Below, piece by piece: positions 20,425 through 29,346 of a stretch of DNA of 64,000 nucleotides (position 1 is the first letter of the stretch; each line of letters opens with the position of its first letter). The notes under the pieces are model-generated. The model saw only the letters and a list, made by a program, of their open reading frames with translations. It ran no database searches and had not been told where the DNA came from. The translations under genes were made by a program, and so were the position numbers. The stretch is taken from NCBI GenBank assembly GCA_902537425.1, contig CACBBD010000001.1, positions 231,790 through 295,789 of the forward strand, written 5' to 3'. This DNA is from an uncultured SAR86 cluster bacterium (GTDB lineage: Bacteria; Pseudomonadota; Gammaproteobacteria; Magnimaribacterales; Magnimaribacteraceae).

Positions 20425-21054
20425 TTATTTTTTAAACAAAACAATATTCTTATCTGGAAATTCTAAGGTCCAAGACATGTTAGATGCAATATTCGTGAGA
20501 GTTTCTTTAGAGTAAAAGGCTACATGAGTTGGATCTTTGCGATAATACCAAGAGGCAAAATCTATATTTTCATCATAAAAATTAGTCATGACTCCTAACC
20601 ATCCATCTTTTTTTAGTATTTTATTTAAATCAAAGATTACTTTTGCGGGATCAAAGACATGCTCTAAAACTTCTGTGCAAGATATAAAATCATAGGGTTT
20701 TAAAAAAATAGTTTCATTAGGAAAAAAATAAGGATCATATACATCCATAATATAACCTGAATCATTAAACATTTTTGCCAGTGCTGGCCCGGGTCCGCAT
20801 CCAAAATCCAACCCCTCTTTATGATTAGATAATCTTTCTTTCAGTGGAATGAAGAGCTTTGAAAGGAATTGTATATATTTCTCATCATCAACAAAGTTTT
20901 GATGCTGCTCATATCTAATTCGCTCATCTTTGTTTGATAAGTAATTTTTGCTATCCAGGAAAATAAGAGAGCATTTGGGACACTTAAAATATTTTTTTTG
21001 ATTCTCTCTATAAAATAATTGAGTATCAGAATGATTGCAGAGTATGCATTTCAT
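20425..21054 (-). CDS. Class I SAM-dependent methyltransferase with N-terminal Zn-ribbon
   Basis: CILC...CPKC; LDFGCGPGP; EVLEH; DPTHV. Confidence 0.85.
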   Translation of the reverse strand: MKCILCNHSDTQLFYRENQKKYFKCPKCSLIFLDSKNYLSNKDERIRYEQHQNFVDDEKYIQFLSKLFIPLKERLSNHKEGLDFGCGPGPALAKMFNDSGYIMDVYDPYFFPNETIFLKPYDFISCTEVLEHVFDPAKVIFDLNKILKKDGWLGVMTNFYDENIDFASWYYRKDPTHVAFYSKETLTNIASNMSWTLEFPDKNIVLFKK

Positions 21055-21102
21055 CAGCTAATTATCTTTATTGAATATGGTCGCATTTAGACTAATCATA
21101 CT

Positions 21103-21135
21103 AAAAAAAAGGGAGGCTATTGCCTCCCTTTTTTT
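21103..21135. terminator. Intrinsic terminator downstream of YRGV micro-protein
   Basis: aaaaaaaagggaggc-tatt-gcctcccttttttt. Confidence 0.88.
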
Positions 21136-21146
21136 CTGTATAAGAA

Positions 21147-21311
21147 TTAAGCAACTCTTTCGACGCCGCGGTAAATTCCTTTACCTGGCTGAGTTGACTT
21201 ACTTTCTACGATTTTTTGCTGAACGCCTCTGTAAACAGTGTTAGCAGATGTTTCGCTTCCTGCTGCATTGTTTAAAGGAGCAGCTTCAACACCTCTGTAT
21301 ATAGTAGTCAT
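21147..21311 (-). CDS. 54-aa protein with three YRGV motifs (DUF4278-like)
   Basis: MTTIYRGV...TVYRGV...GIYRGVERVA; GGAGGG RBS at 21318-21323; start trimmed to ATG 21311. Confidence 0.8.
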   Translation of the reverse strand: MTTIYRGVEAAPLNNAAGSETSANTVYRGVQQKIVESKSTQPGKGIYRGVERVA

Positions 21312-21374
21312 ATCGTGCCCTCCAGTTTTCGTATCGATTTCGTACATATATCTTTCGATATACACCCTTCTCAA

Positions 21375-21496
21375 CGCGTTCCTTCGGTAGATATTCGGTC
21401 TCGTTCCCTTTCGGTACTTGCTTGCCTTTCTTTGATCAAAGAAAGAGGTTTTCCTATCTTCCTACTTCCGTCTTAACCTGCAGATTAAGATGAACG
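21375..21496 (-). ncRNA. Glutamine riboswitch (glnA-motif-like) with enlarged P3
   Basis: Minus strand CGUUCA-[UCUUAA/UUAAGA stem]-CGGAAGUAGG...CCGAAGGAACGCG; P1 CGUUC/GAACG and E-loop AGUA/GAA as in glnA motif; precedes DUF4278-like gene. Confidence 0.75.
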
Positions 21497-21503
21497 TGCC
21501 TGC

Positions 21504-21532
21504 ATTATAGTATAAATATGATCAATGTGCAA
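21504..21532 (-). promoter_or_regulatory. Sigma70 promoter for riboswitch/YRGV transcript
   Basis: TTGCAC-17 bp-TATAAT on minus strand; predicted start ~21497 abuts aptamer 5' end. Confidence 0.75.
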
Positions 21533-21596
21533 ACTTTTTTGGCATCAATGATATCTATATGACTTAGTTTTATTTCTGTATAAACTCCGTCAGGAC

Positions 21597-21992
21597 CTAC
21601 TTTATAGAACTAAAGAATCTCGCATTTGAGTGAATATATGAATCTGGATTGGGGTGTTTGGACCAAACTTCTTCCCATTCTGGATCAACATCTAAATTAG
21701 CAAAAAATGTATCTCTGTCTTCTCTGCTGTTGTACTTTGCAACCCATGTTACATTTGGTTGACCGTTAGGAGATACTATAGGATTAGTGCCTTCCACAAT
21801 AGCCTCATCTCCCCTACTTACCCAAAAATCTACTATTTCGATTCTTTCCTTTCCATACGGCATGAAGTAATTCTCGGCCCAATATACGTATGCTTCAAAA
21901 AACTCTTCTTCAATTGTGTAATCTCTAATCTCGTAGACAGCAGACTTTAAATTGAATGACAAAATTAGTATTACGATTGCAAATGTTTTCAT
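21597..21992 (-). CDS. NIPSNAP-like protein with signal peptide
   Basis: VYEIRDYTI...W...NVTWVAKYNSREDRD pattern. Confidence 0.6.
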   Translation of the reverse strand: MKTFAIVILILSFNLKSAVYEIRDYTIEEEFFEAYVYWAENYFMPYGKERIEIVDFWVSRGDEAIVEGTNPIVSPNGQPNVTWVAKYNSREDRDTFFANLDVDPEWEEVWSKHPNPDSYIHSNARFFSSIK

Positions 21993-22142
21993 TTTTTTCT
22001 CCGGTTATATAAACAAAAGCTAAATTTTATTCTAGCAACAGTTATAGGGTTTCTTCATAAAATCTAAATATTTTATAATCATCATTAAAATAATAAATTA
22101 GTGCTTAGAGAAGCACTTAGCTATAAACTTTTTTGGTAAATT

Positions 22143-23972
22143 ATGAAAAAAATACTCCAGAGTTCGGGAATTTTATTGGCTGTGATTTTGATAAGTTCTT
22201 GTTTGTACCTCATGAACTTATATTCGCAGAAACCTATTTCGATAGATCACTATTTAGCAAAAGATTTAATTGAGAAAATTACAGACTCGCCGGAATATAT
22301 GACTAATCTTGGTGTTTTTGATAATTTTGGTTTCATCTTCAGACATAATGAAAGGCTATCGGTACAAACCTCCGAAAAAAGAAGTAAGGATTATGAACAT
22401 AACCTTAAACGCATAAAGGTTTTGCAAGGTTTTGACAAAAGTAAACTTAGCAAAAGTCAAAAGATAACTCAAAAGATAGCTATATTTGACACCCAAAATG
22501 ATATTGAAGCATATGAGCGCTTTAAATATCACTCGTATCCATTCAATCAAATAAGTGGGAATCACTTGAACTTAGTCGAGTTTATGACTGACACACATCC
22601 TATGAAGAGTTTAAATGATGCACGTAACTATATAGATAGGGTTGAAATGTTTGATGAAGTTCTTTATGAAAATCTTAGCTGGTTAGAAGCACAAAAAGAG
22701 CAAGAAATTTTTCTTCCTAGATTTGTTATGGACCATGTAATTGCTCAGCTTGAGGAGCTGATTAGCTACGAAGACTCAAACAACCCCCTAATGCAAATAT
22801 TTATAAAAAAAATTGACGAATTGGGAGTAGTTGCAGGAGAAAGAACTGAACTTATAAATGAATTAAGTGGAGCTATCAAAGATAATGTTAAGCCGGGCTA
22901 TCAATCGATTCTCAATTTTATGGTTGAGAACTACAAAAATGCAAATCCATATCATGGTGTCTGGTCCTTACCTGATGGTGATGATTTCTATGCTCTCAGA
23001 CTGAGAACTTATACAACAACCGACTACTCGGCAGCTGAAATTCATGAAATTGGTTTGCAAGAAGTTGAAAGGATTGGAAATAGAATGAAAGAAATTTTCA
23101 TAGAGCTTGGTTATGAAGTTAATAAGCCAATCGGAGAGATGATGAGTGATCTTAATGAAAATCCAGAATTTTTATATGACGACACGCCGGATAGAAAAGA
23201 GATAGTTATTAAAGATTATAATCAGATGGTTAAAGAGGCAGAGCAGGATGTAAGGCCGTACTTTTCCGATTTTCCGGAAAGCCCGGTAGAAGTAAAGGCA
23301 GTGCCCGAATATTCAGAAAAGACGGCAGCAGGGGGTTATTATCAGTCACCTAGTTTGGATGGCTCGCGACCTGGAGTGTTCTACGCGAATTTATATGACA
23401 TAAAGCAAACGCCAAAATTTGGAATGAGGACATTAACATTTCACGAGGCCGTGCCGGGACATCACTTCCAAATAGCTTTGAATTTAGAAAATGATGAACT
23501 AACTTTATATAGACGTCTTGGCTACAGAACTTCAGCTTATACTGAAGGTTGGGCTCTTTATGCAGAACAATTAGGAGTTGAAGTGGGGATGACTAAAAGT
23601 CTCTATGATGAATTGGGAGTTCTACAAAGTGAAATGTTTAGAGCTAATAGATTGGTAGTAGATACTGGCTTACATTACAAAAAATGGACTAGGGAAAAAG
23701 CTATGGAGTATATGAAAAAAGTAACCGGTATGTCTGATACTGAGGTGAGGGTTGAGATTGAAAGATATATTGTTTGGCCTGGACAAGCTACCAGTTACAA
23801 GATGGGCATGATAAAAATCTTAGAGTTAAGAGATAAGGCCATGAAAGAACTGGGTGCAAAATTTGATCTTAGAAAATTTCATTCAATAGTTTTAGATCAA
23901 GGCATAGTCCCTTTATTTATCTTAGATGATTTAATAGATGAATGGATAAATGAAGAGAAAACTAGCAATTAG
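22143..23972 (+). CDS. DUF885 family protein
   Basis: IHEIGLQEV, TFHEAVPGHHFQ, EGWALYAE, RLVVDTGLH, PGQATSYKMG. Confidence 0.9.
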   Translation: MKKILQSSGILLAVILISSCLYLMNLYSQKPISIDHYLAKDLIEKITDSPEYMTNLGVFDNFGFIFRHNERLSVQTSEKRSKDYEHNLKRIKVLQGFDKSKLSKSQKITQKIAIFDTQNDIEAYERFKYHSYPFNQISGNHLNLVEFMTDTHPMKSLNDARNYIDRVEMFDEVLYENLSWLEAQKEQEIFLPRFVMDHVIAQLEELISYEDSNNPLMQIFIKKIDELGVVAGERTELINELSGAIKDNVKPGYQSILNFMVENYKNANPYHGVWSLPDGDDFYALRLRTYTTTDYSAAEIHEIGLQEVERIGNRMKEIFIELGYEVNKPIGEMMSDLNENPEFLYDDTPDRKEIVIKDYNQMVKEAEQDVRPYFSDFPESPVEVKAVPEYSEKTAAGGYYQSPSLDGSRPGVFYANLYDIKQTPKFGMRTLTFHEAVPGHHFQIALNLENDELTLYRRLGYRTSAYTEGWALYAEQLGVEVGMTKSLYDELGVLQSEMFRANRLVVDTGLHYKKWTREKAMEYMKKVTGMSDTEVRVEIERYIVWPGQATSYKMGMIKILELRDKAMKELGAKFDLRKFHSIVLDQGIVPLFILDDLIDEWINEEKTSN

Positions 23973-24052
23973 CTTTTAATTCAAAAAAAATCTGAGCCGC
24001 TTTAGGCTTATTTGGTATTTGGCAGATAAAACTACTTAAATTAATGTTTAGC

Positions 24053-24472
24053 TTAGTGGCAAGAACCACATTCAAGTTTTCGGCAAAGTTTATAATTTTT
24101 ATAATGCGCAAAAACTATTATCGATGCTCCGATAGTAGTAAATAATTTCTCTCCGAACTCACCCCAAAGAACTGTGCCAATAGTTATGGCGAAGACTAAA
24201 GCAATAATCCCGATCAGTCCTATAACAAAAAAGCTAAATTTTGAATGATTTCTCATTCCTCTAACGAGTGCATAAAGACTTACTGGTATTGCAAGTAATA
24301 ATAGCAGGTAATGTATCAATTCGTTGTTATATGAAAGAGTTACGTAACCTGAAAACATAACTAATAATGTAGGTACCAACAAACAATGAGCCAAACAAAC
24401 TAGTGATAGGCTAATTGCTGTTTTATCTGAATATTCTTGTGTAACTTTCATTATGTCTTGAAGGCGTTGCAC
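24053..24472 (-). CDS. MerC-domain membrane protein
   Basis: DKTAISLSLVCLAHCLLVP; four TM segments; Cys/His tail. Confidence 0.75.
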   Translation of the reverse strand: MQRLQDIMKVTQEYSDKTAISLSLVCLAHCLLVPTLLVMFSGYVTLSYNNELIHYLLLLLAIPVSLYALVRGMRNHSKFSFFVIGLIGIIALVFAITIGTVLWGEFGEKLFTTIGASIIVFAHYKNYKLCRKLECGSCH

Positions 24473-24521
24473 TTTAAATTATTAAATCTAATAATACAAA
24501 TTAAAATTTATTAAATCTTTA

Positions 24522-25043
24522 CTAAACAAGGTTGCTATCAATAAGAACAGCTATTAGTAATGCAGGTTCAGTACCGTTATTTACCCAAGCATGATTTGTG
24601 CCTCTTTGGACAACAACATCATGTGGTTGAAGAGCCACCTCCTCTTCATCTAAAATCAGAGTGACATTCCCCTTCAGGAGAATAATATAATCAATGGTAT
24701 GGGTTTCGTGCATTGCTGCATTTCGTGAGGTATCAACCCTATGATGAGCTGCTCCCATTTTTTCAAAAGCCTCTGCAGTAGCCGCCTCAATCACGTCCTG
24801 AGGAACTCCTTCTGGAATTGGATTAATTTGAAAATATCTGAATTTTGTTCCTTCTTTGACTGGCGAAAGAACAATATCTATGTCTGCTCTATCTTTATCT
24901 GACTTGGTTTCGAATCCCGATCCATCTGTATTCCAGATTTCAAATAATCCTCCTGCATCCTCACCTATCGATCTGGCAGGAGGTCCGTCTATTGAAATGA
25001 TAGATTTGCCATTTTCATTGTGGCCAGTAATTATTCTTCTCAT
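24522..25043 (-). CDS. Cupin domain protein
   Basis: RRIITGHNENGKS, MHETHTIDY, VVQRGTNHAW. Confidence 0.85.
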   Translation of the reverse strand: MRRIITGHNENGKSIISIDGPPARSIGEDAGGLFEIWNTDGSGFETKSDKDRADIDIVLSPVKEGTKFRYFQINPIPEGVPQDVIEAATAEAFEKMGAAHHRVDTSRNAAMHETHTIDYIILLKGNVTLILDEEEVALQPHDVVVQRGTNHAWVNNGTEPALLIAVLIDSNLV

Positions 25044-25062
25044 TGTATTCTCCCTTATATAT

Positions 25063-25989
25063 TTATTGACTATGTTCTAAAAGAAACTGAATGGAGTCTT
25101 GCATTGATGATTTCCTTGCTTGCCAATTACAACCCAAGTGAGCCCCAATCTTTGCTTTGTCTTTGAATAATTTTGTTCTTTCATGTGGCTCATTAATCAT
25201 AGTTTTTTTTCCTTCTACATCCAGATGATAGTGTGTGCCATCTTTTCCAATAATTGTATGTCTTTTCCCAACTGCTATTGCATTGGGAACGAATACTAAT
25301 GGATCTACAGAATCAAAGGAATGATGGCTATCTTCATAAGTAATTATCTTACTGTTCCCTCCATTCTCATTAATGGCGGGAGATAATTCTTCTATAAGGA
25401 TAGATGGAGTGTAATCATCATCTTTACCAATCAAAGTTAAGATGGGTGCATTACTCCAACGCATTTCTTCTGGCCACATAAAGGCACCAGGATAAAATGC
25501 TAAATGCCCTGCGAATCTTTCACCTGCTGGTGCCAATTTTTCAGCCAAAGGCTCCCAGGCTGAATAAATGGCCGTGCTTCCGCCAAGACTCCATCCAACT
25601 ATGTAAATTCGATTAGGATCTATATCAGGATGATCGGACAAAAGTTTCAGCGCATTAAAGCAATCAACCAGAACTGTAGCTAAAGTTACTTTCATTTGGT
25701 CTTCCACAATAGATACGACACCTCTAGCATCAAAACTATTTACTCGAAATATGGCAAAGCCATTATTGAGAAAATTTACTGAGTGCTCATGGTGATGTCC
25801 TCTCCAGCCCATACTGCCATGCATACATATAACAAGAGGATATTTTTTTTTCTTTTGCTCAGGAAAGATAAGAGACCCGAAAATCTGTTGTTCCTCAGCA
25901 GGCCTAGAATTCAAAATATGAAAGAATTCAAATGGATTAGATGACTTGTAAGCAATTACACCTTCATCACCTGATTGAAATCTATGCAT
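25063..25989 (-). CDS. Dienelactone hydrolase family protein
   Basis: MHGSMG, GWSLGG, AFYP, GKDDDYTP, HHSFD. Confidence 0.8.
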   Translation of the reverse strand: MHRFQSGDEGVIAYKSSNPFEFFHILNSRPAEEQQIFGSLIFPEQKKKKYPLVICMHGSMGWRGHHHEHSVNFLNNGFAIFRVNSFDARGVVSIVEDQMKVTLATVLVDCFNALKLLSDHPDIDPNRIYIVGWSLGGSTAIYSAWEPLAEKLAPAGERFAGHLAFYPGAFMWPEEMRWSNAPILTLIGKDDDYTPSILIEELSPAINENGGNSKIITYEDSHHSFDSVDPLVFVPNAIAVGKRHTIIGKDGTHYHLDVEGKKTMINEPHERTKLFKDKAKIGAHLGCNWQARKSSMQDSIQFLLEHSQ

Positions 25990-26048
25990 CTCAAGTCGTC
26001 TATTTGTTTCTTAAAACGTTCTCCGCACTCTTTTGTAAGTTTCAATTT

Positions 26049-26471
26049 TTACTTTTCTGGGAATAAAGTACTAGGATCAAACATAGTTTTAATTTCAAGT
26101 ACATTTCCACTTGGATCTTCAATGAAAAAAGTTTCTTGTTCTCTAGAATCTCCCTCAAATCTCAAGTAAGGTTTATCTAAATAGTCATATTTTTCTATAT
26201 CGTTAATGCGCGATTTTAATTTATCAAAATCTTCCCTGCCAAGGTGCACCCCGAAATGAGGCACGCACACGTCGCCCATGTCTACATGATGTCTCTCTCT
26301 TGGAAGGGCTTCATTGGCTTCATGCAAAGTTAACTCATTACCCCAAAAGTTTATGTCTTGCCATTTTCCTTCTTCGTAATTTCCTGCTTTGCAACCCAGA
26401 AAGTCACAATAAAACCTTTTTGATTCTTCTATACTACCTACTGGAATGGCGAGATGAAATCGATTTGACAT
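26049..26471 (-). CDS. VOC/glyoxalase family protein
   Basis: FHLAIPV, PHFGV, EQETFFIEDPSGNVLEIK. Confidence 0.85.
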   Translation of the reverse strand: MSNRFHLAIPVGSIEESKRFYCDFLGCKAGNYEEGKWQDINFWGNELTLHEANEALPRERHHVDMGDVCVPHFGVHLGREDFDKLKSRINDIEKYDYLDKPYLRFEGDSREQETFFIEDPSGNVLEIKTMFDPSTLFPEK

Positions 26472-26540
26472 ATATGTTTACTCCTATGACTATTATTTCA
26501 GAATCAGTTTTATTATATATAAAGATTTAATAATTACCTC

Positions 26541-27338
26541 TCATCCATGTTTTTTGATCAAATTTATTGCCCATTTCTTAACATTTGGATTTTTTTCAAT
26601 ATCCAGAATGAATTCTTGGCCAAATCCTCTGTAAAAAACTGTGGATTCTTCCTCATTCTCCCACTTCATTCTATTTAAAAAAAGGTCTTTTGAATCCTTA
26701 AAATATTTGGAGGGTAACTTCCATCTAGATCTGGTTTTATTTTCTTCAGTCAGAATTAAATCTGTATGAGTATATCTAAATAATCCATGGCCTCGGTCAA
26801 AAATTTTTCTTTTATTAAGTTCCAATCGTTTCTTAGCTATGTAAATTGTATTATTAGAAAACCTGGAGGTGTCTCCATATCCATGAGGGTGTTGAATATT
26901 ATTCTCACGAAGATAACTTTTAATTTTTTTTGACCCTTCTATGATTTTATCTATTTGCAACCAGCCAAATAAATGATGCAAATCTCTGCCATCTGCAGAG
27001 AAATTTTTAAACCATCCAAAAAATAAAAACACATCTCCAGGACCTACATGATTATTCTTTAATTCAGTCTGAGATGAGCTGGCTTGTCCAAAAATACCTA
27101 TTCTTTCGTTGAGCAACGGATCATAATGACAATAATCCGTATCCTTCACTTTAGCCGAGACCTCTTTCAATAAATCAGAACCTGATATGCCATTAAAATC
27201 CAGGTCTTTATATTTTTTTGGTGAACAATGATTTTGGGGGATAGGTATTGAAAAAAAGCTTCCATCATTAAATATAGGTGAAGCACTACCACCCGCTTTT
27301 GAGTCAAAACCCTTTCTACTTAATATTAATCTCCTCAA
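26541..27338 (-). CDS. Nucleotide modification associated domain 3 (Nmad3)-like protein
   Basis: ILSRKGFDSKAGG..SPI, HYDP, FGQ, GDVFLFFGWF, LFGWLQI. Confidence 0.7.
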   Translation of the reverse strand: MRRLILSRKGFDSKAGGSASPIFNDGSFFSIPIPQNHCSPKKYKDLDFNGISGSDLLKEVSAKVKDTDYCHYDPLLNERIGIFGQASSSQTELKNNHVGPGDVFLFFGWFKNFSADGRDLHHLFGWLQIDKIIEGSKKIKSYLRENNIQHPHGYGDTSRFSNNTIYIAKKRLELNKRKIFDRGHGLFRYTHTDLILTEENKTRSRWKLPSKYFKDSKDLFLNRMKWENEEESTVFYRGFGQEFILDIEKNPNVKKWAINLIKKHG

Positions 27339-27355
27339 CTATCCTTTATTTATAG

Positions 27356-27715
27356 TTAACCAAAGCCAATAGAACAGAAACCAGAATATATAATCAACAT
27401 TCCATCATCAATCGTACTTAGTCTCCCTTCTACACCCATATCTCCTCCAACGAGATAAACTGTTCCTTTGTCGGTTTCGCCTGCTCTAAAAATTTCCTGT
27501 GTATCCAGATTGGCCAAAAGTGAGTTTTCCATTGGTAGTGATAAACCATCACCAAATATGTCCCATATATCTTCATAGCCAGCAGTACCAATCCAGGCAC
27601 CAGAAGAAGTAGAGTAAGCCTCACCTGACATAAAATTACAACTTACGGTTGCTGCCTTGATGTTGGGCGATAAAAATAAAGCTAAGAAGATTAATTTGAT
27701 TAAATAATTTTTCAT
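27356..27715 (-). CDS. Secreted hypothetical protein
   Basis: Signal peptide; AGGAG RBS; two Cys. Confidence 0.65.
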   Translation of the reverse strand: MKNYLIKLIFLALFLSPNIKAATVSCNFMSGEAYSTSSGAWIGTAGYEDIWDIFGDGLSLPMENSLLANLDTQEIFRAGETDKGTVYLVGGDMGVEGRLSTIDDGMLIIYSGFCSIGFG

Positions 27716-27850
27716 ACAAGTCTCCTAGTGTGATGCAATTTTAAGGATAGAGATTAGCACTAATAATTAACTGCGTCATTTTATGAAAAAATTGTAAAAA
27801 ACTAATTCTTCAGTCAATGACAAATTATCATTATTTCATCGAAATAACTT

Positions 27851-27904
27851 TATTACTTGGGGTGAACTAATCCACAGTGACTGATTAGTTTTAAGAAGTG
27901 ATTT
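27851..27904 (-). repeat. Junction site A (core 27870-27885; reads SVTVD-stop)
   Basis: + strand cta|atccacagtgactgat|tagttttaagaagtgattt. Confidence 0.85.
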
Positions 27905-27910
27905 AATTCT

Positions 27911-28354
27911 TTATTTTCCAGTTGAAATATTTATTGGAATTATAGCCATCTTTAATTTCCAATAATCTCCTCTTTTTATTAAAGTTAAATTTGTATCCGT
28001 TGATATAAGTTCAATATCTTGATTGTTAAATCTAGTGAAATTAGTTTTATATATTGCAAAATCTTTTTGTGAAACTAATGGATCTGTGGAATTGATTTTT
28101 GAATATGACCAACCTTCTTTTTTTAAGTTTTCATAATTAACAATTTCACTGTAACTTTTTGCAACTATTATTTCATCGCCAACAAAATAAGTAATTGGTA
28201 AATCCCATAGCTCATTAATTTTATTTATATCCATCTCATTGAAATGATAGAAAAAATCTTCGATCACTTTCTCAGGGTTGTTGTTTGAGTCTTTTGCAAA
28301 TAACAAAGAAGAAAATAAAAATAAAGTTACTAAAATGTTTCTCATAAAAATCAC
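27911..28354 (-). CDS. Secreted NTF2-like hypothetical protein (module 5 cargo)
   Basis: Signal peptide from ATG 28345 (alt GTG 28354); EKVIEDFFYHFN...W..SKI...NFTRFN...WKL. Confidence 0.65.
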   Translation of the reverse strand: MIFMRNILVTLFLFSSLLFAKDSNNNPEKVIEDFFYHFNEMDINKINELWDLPITYFVGDEIIVAKSYSEIVNYENLKKEGWSYSKINSTDPLVSQKDFAIYKTNFTRFNNQDIELISTDTNLTLIKRGDYWKLKMAIIPINISTGK

Positions 28355-28401
28355 TTTTTAAAATTACTCCACTGTAACAGGGTATCTGTAGCAAGGTTTC
28401 T
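28348..28401 (-). repeat. Junction site B (core 28367-28382; PVTVE-stop, plus RNLA-like relic)
   Basis: + strand aaatcactttttaaaatta|ctccactgtaacaggg|tatctgtagcaaggtttct. Confidence 0.85.
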
Positions 28402-28571
28402 CATGGATTTAATAGGTCTATGAGAGAATTATTTTCATCCACGATCCTGTGTCGTATGTCTTTTTGTTTTACCATCTGCTTCATTACACGGAAAGCATCT
28501 GCTTCATTTGTTTTGGTTTGATAGTGTTGCCAGTTACCCCACCTGTCTTGCCACTGTATTTTATATTTCAT
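28401..28571 (-). CDS. 56-aa hypothetical protein (below ORF-track cutoff; module 4 cargo)
   Basis: Manual translation MKYKIQWQDRWGNWQHYQTKTNEADAFRVMKQMVKQKDIRHRIVDENNSLIDLLNP; starts 2 nt after upstream stop and fills the gap. Confidence 0.65.
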   Translation of the reverse strand: MKYKIQWQDRWGNWQHYQTKTNEADAFRVMKQMVKQKDIRHRIVDENNSLIDLLNP

Positions 28572-28573
28572 TG

Positions 28574-28960
28574 TTATCCAAATAATATGTGATGAAAAAA
28601 TCTTCCTGGCATCAAAGTAAATGCACCAGCAATCAAAAGTGCCCCAACATAAACACCAATCATCGAATACATATGTGAGTATTTGTATCTTTCTATTTTT
28701 GTTTTTTTATATTTCTTTATGTTCCAAATTGAATAAATCAGAGAAACCAAAGTGAAGGGTATCAAAAGATGAATCCATGAATATTGTCCAGGGTTAATTG
28801 TTTGAATAAATATTGCTGTCAAAGAAACTATTATTAAAAAAGTTACCCAGATTCGTCCGAGCATTTTATGTTGCTTTGTGCCCTTTTTAGTTAGGAAGAT
28901 GTAAAGACCAAGAGGAACTGCAAGTAATGCTAACGTTGCATGAACATAAATTATCTGCAT
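28574..28960 (-). CDS. DUF2306 family membrane protein (module 4 cargo)
   Basis: HATLA...KGTKQHKMLGRIWV...WIHLL...GALLIAGAFTLMPGR. Confidence 0.8.
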   Translation of the reverse strand: MQIIYVHATLALLAVPLGLYIFLTKKGTKQHKMLGRIWVTFLIIVSLTAIFIQTINPGQYSWIHLLIPFTLVSLIYSIWNIKKYKKTKIERYKYSHMYSMIGVYVGALLIAGAFTLMPGRFFHHILFG

Positions 28961-28972
28961 ATTTTATATTTT

Positions 28973-29026
28973 AATTCTCTGTTCAAACTTACTCCACCGT
29001 GACTGATTAGATTTGAACAGTGATTT
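28973..29026 (-). repeat. Junction site C (core 28992-29007; SVTVE-stop)
   Basis: + strand aattctctgttcaaactta|ctccaccgtgactgat|tagatttgaacagtgattt; closest copy to glmS. Confidence 0.9.
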
Positions 29027-29032
29027 GATTTT

Positions 29033-29227
29033 TTATCCATAATTGTCCGAAAAATATTTTTCTCTATCTTCTTTATTCATGCCAACTGTTTCGTTCATAA
29101 AATTGTTTCTATCTTCTCTAGATTTAAAGACCCATATACAAACAGTGTCCTGTGAGTGATAGATTGCTTTTAGTTCATCATCTATTTCACAGATTTCTTT
29201 AGGGATTTCTGTCTTAATACAAATCAC
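29033..29227 (-). CDS. 64-aa hypothetical protein (module 3 cargo)
   Basis: ORF fills the module; GTG start lies in terminal IR. Confidence 0.65.
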   Translation of the reverse strand: MICIKTEIPKEICEIDDELKAIYHSQDTVCIWVFKSREDRNNFMNETVGMNKEDREKYFSDNYG

Positions 29228-29274
29228 GATTCAAATCTACTCAACGGTAACAAATTAGATTTGAGTGCAGAATT
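29221..29274 (-). repeat. Junction site D (core 29240-29255; FVTVE-stop)
   Basis: + strand aaatcacgattcaaatcta|ctcaacggtaacaaat|tagatttgagtgcagaatt. Confidence 0.88.
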
Positions 29275-29346
29275 AAGAGTATAGTTTTTTCTGAACCCTT
29301 TGTGAAACTTCAAATAAAATTCAATATCTTTATAGTTCATAAAAAA

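Noticed and set aside
24053-24472. Mercury-resistance operon
   Set aside because: Lone MerC-domain gene; no merA, merR, merT or merP nearby.
27353-27371. Possible partner IR for site A distal arm
   Set aside because: 13/19 match, overlaps a gene end and has no adjacent core; compatible with chance.
27806-27821. Possible sixth glmS-like core (ttcttcagtcaatgac)
   Set aside because: Only 11/16 identity to the glmS core, no in-frame stop, no TA-arm geometry, AT-rich context.
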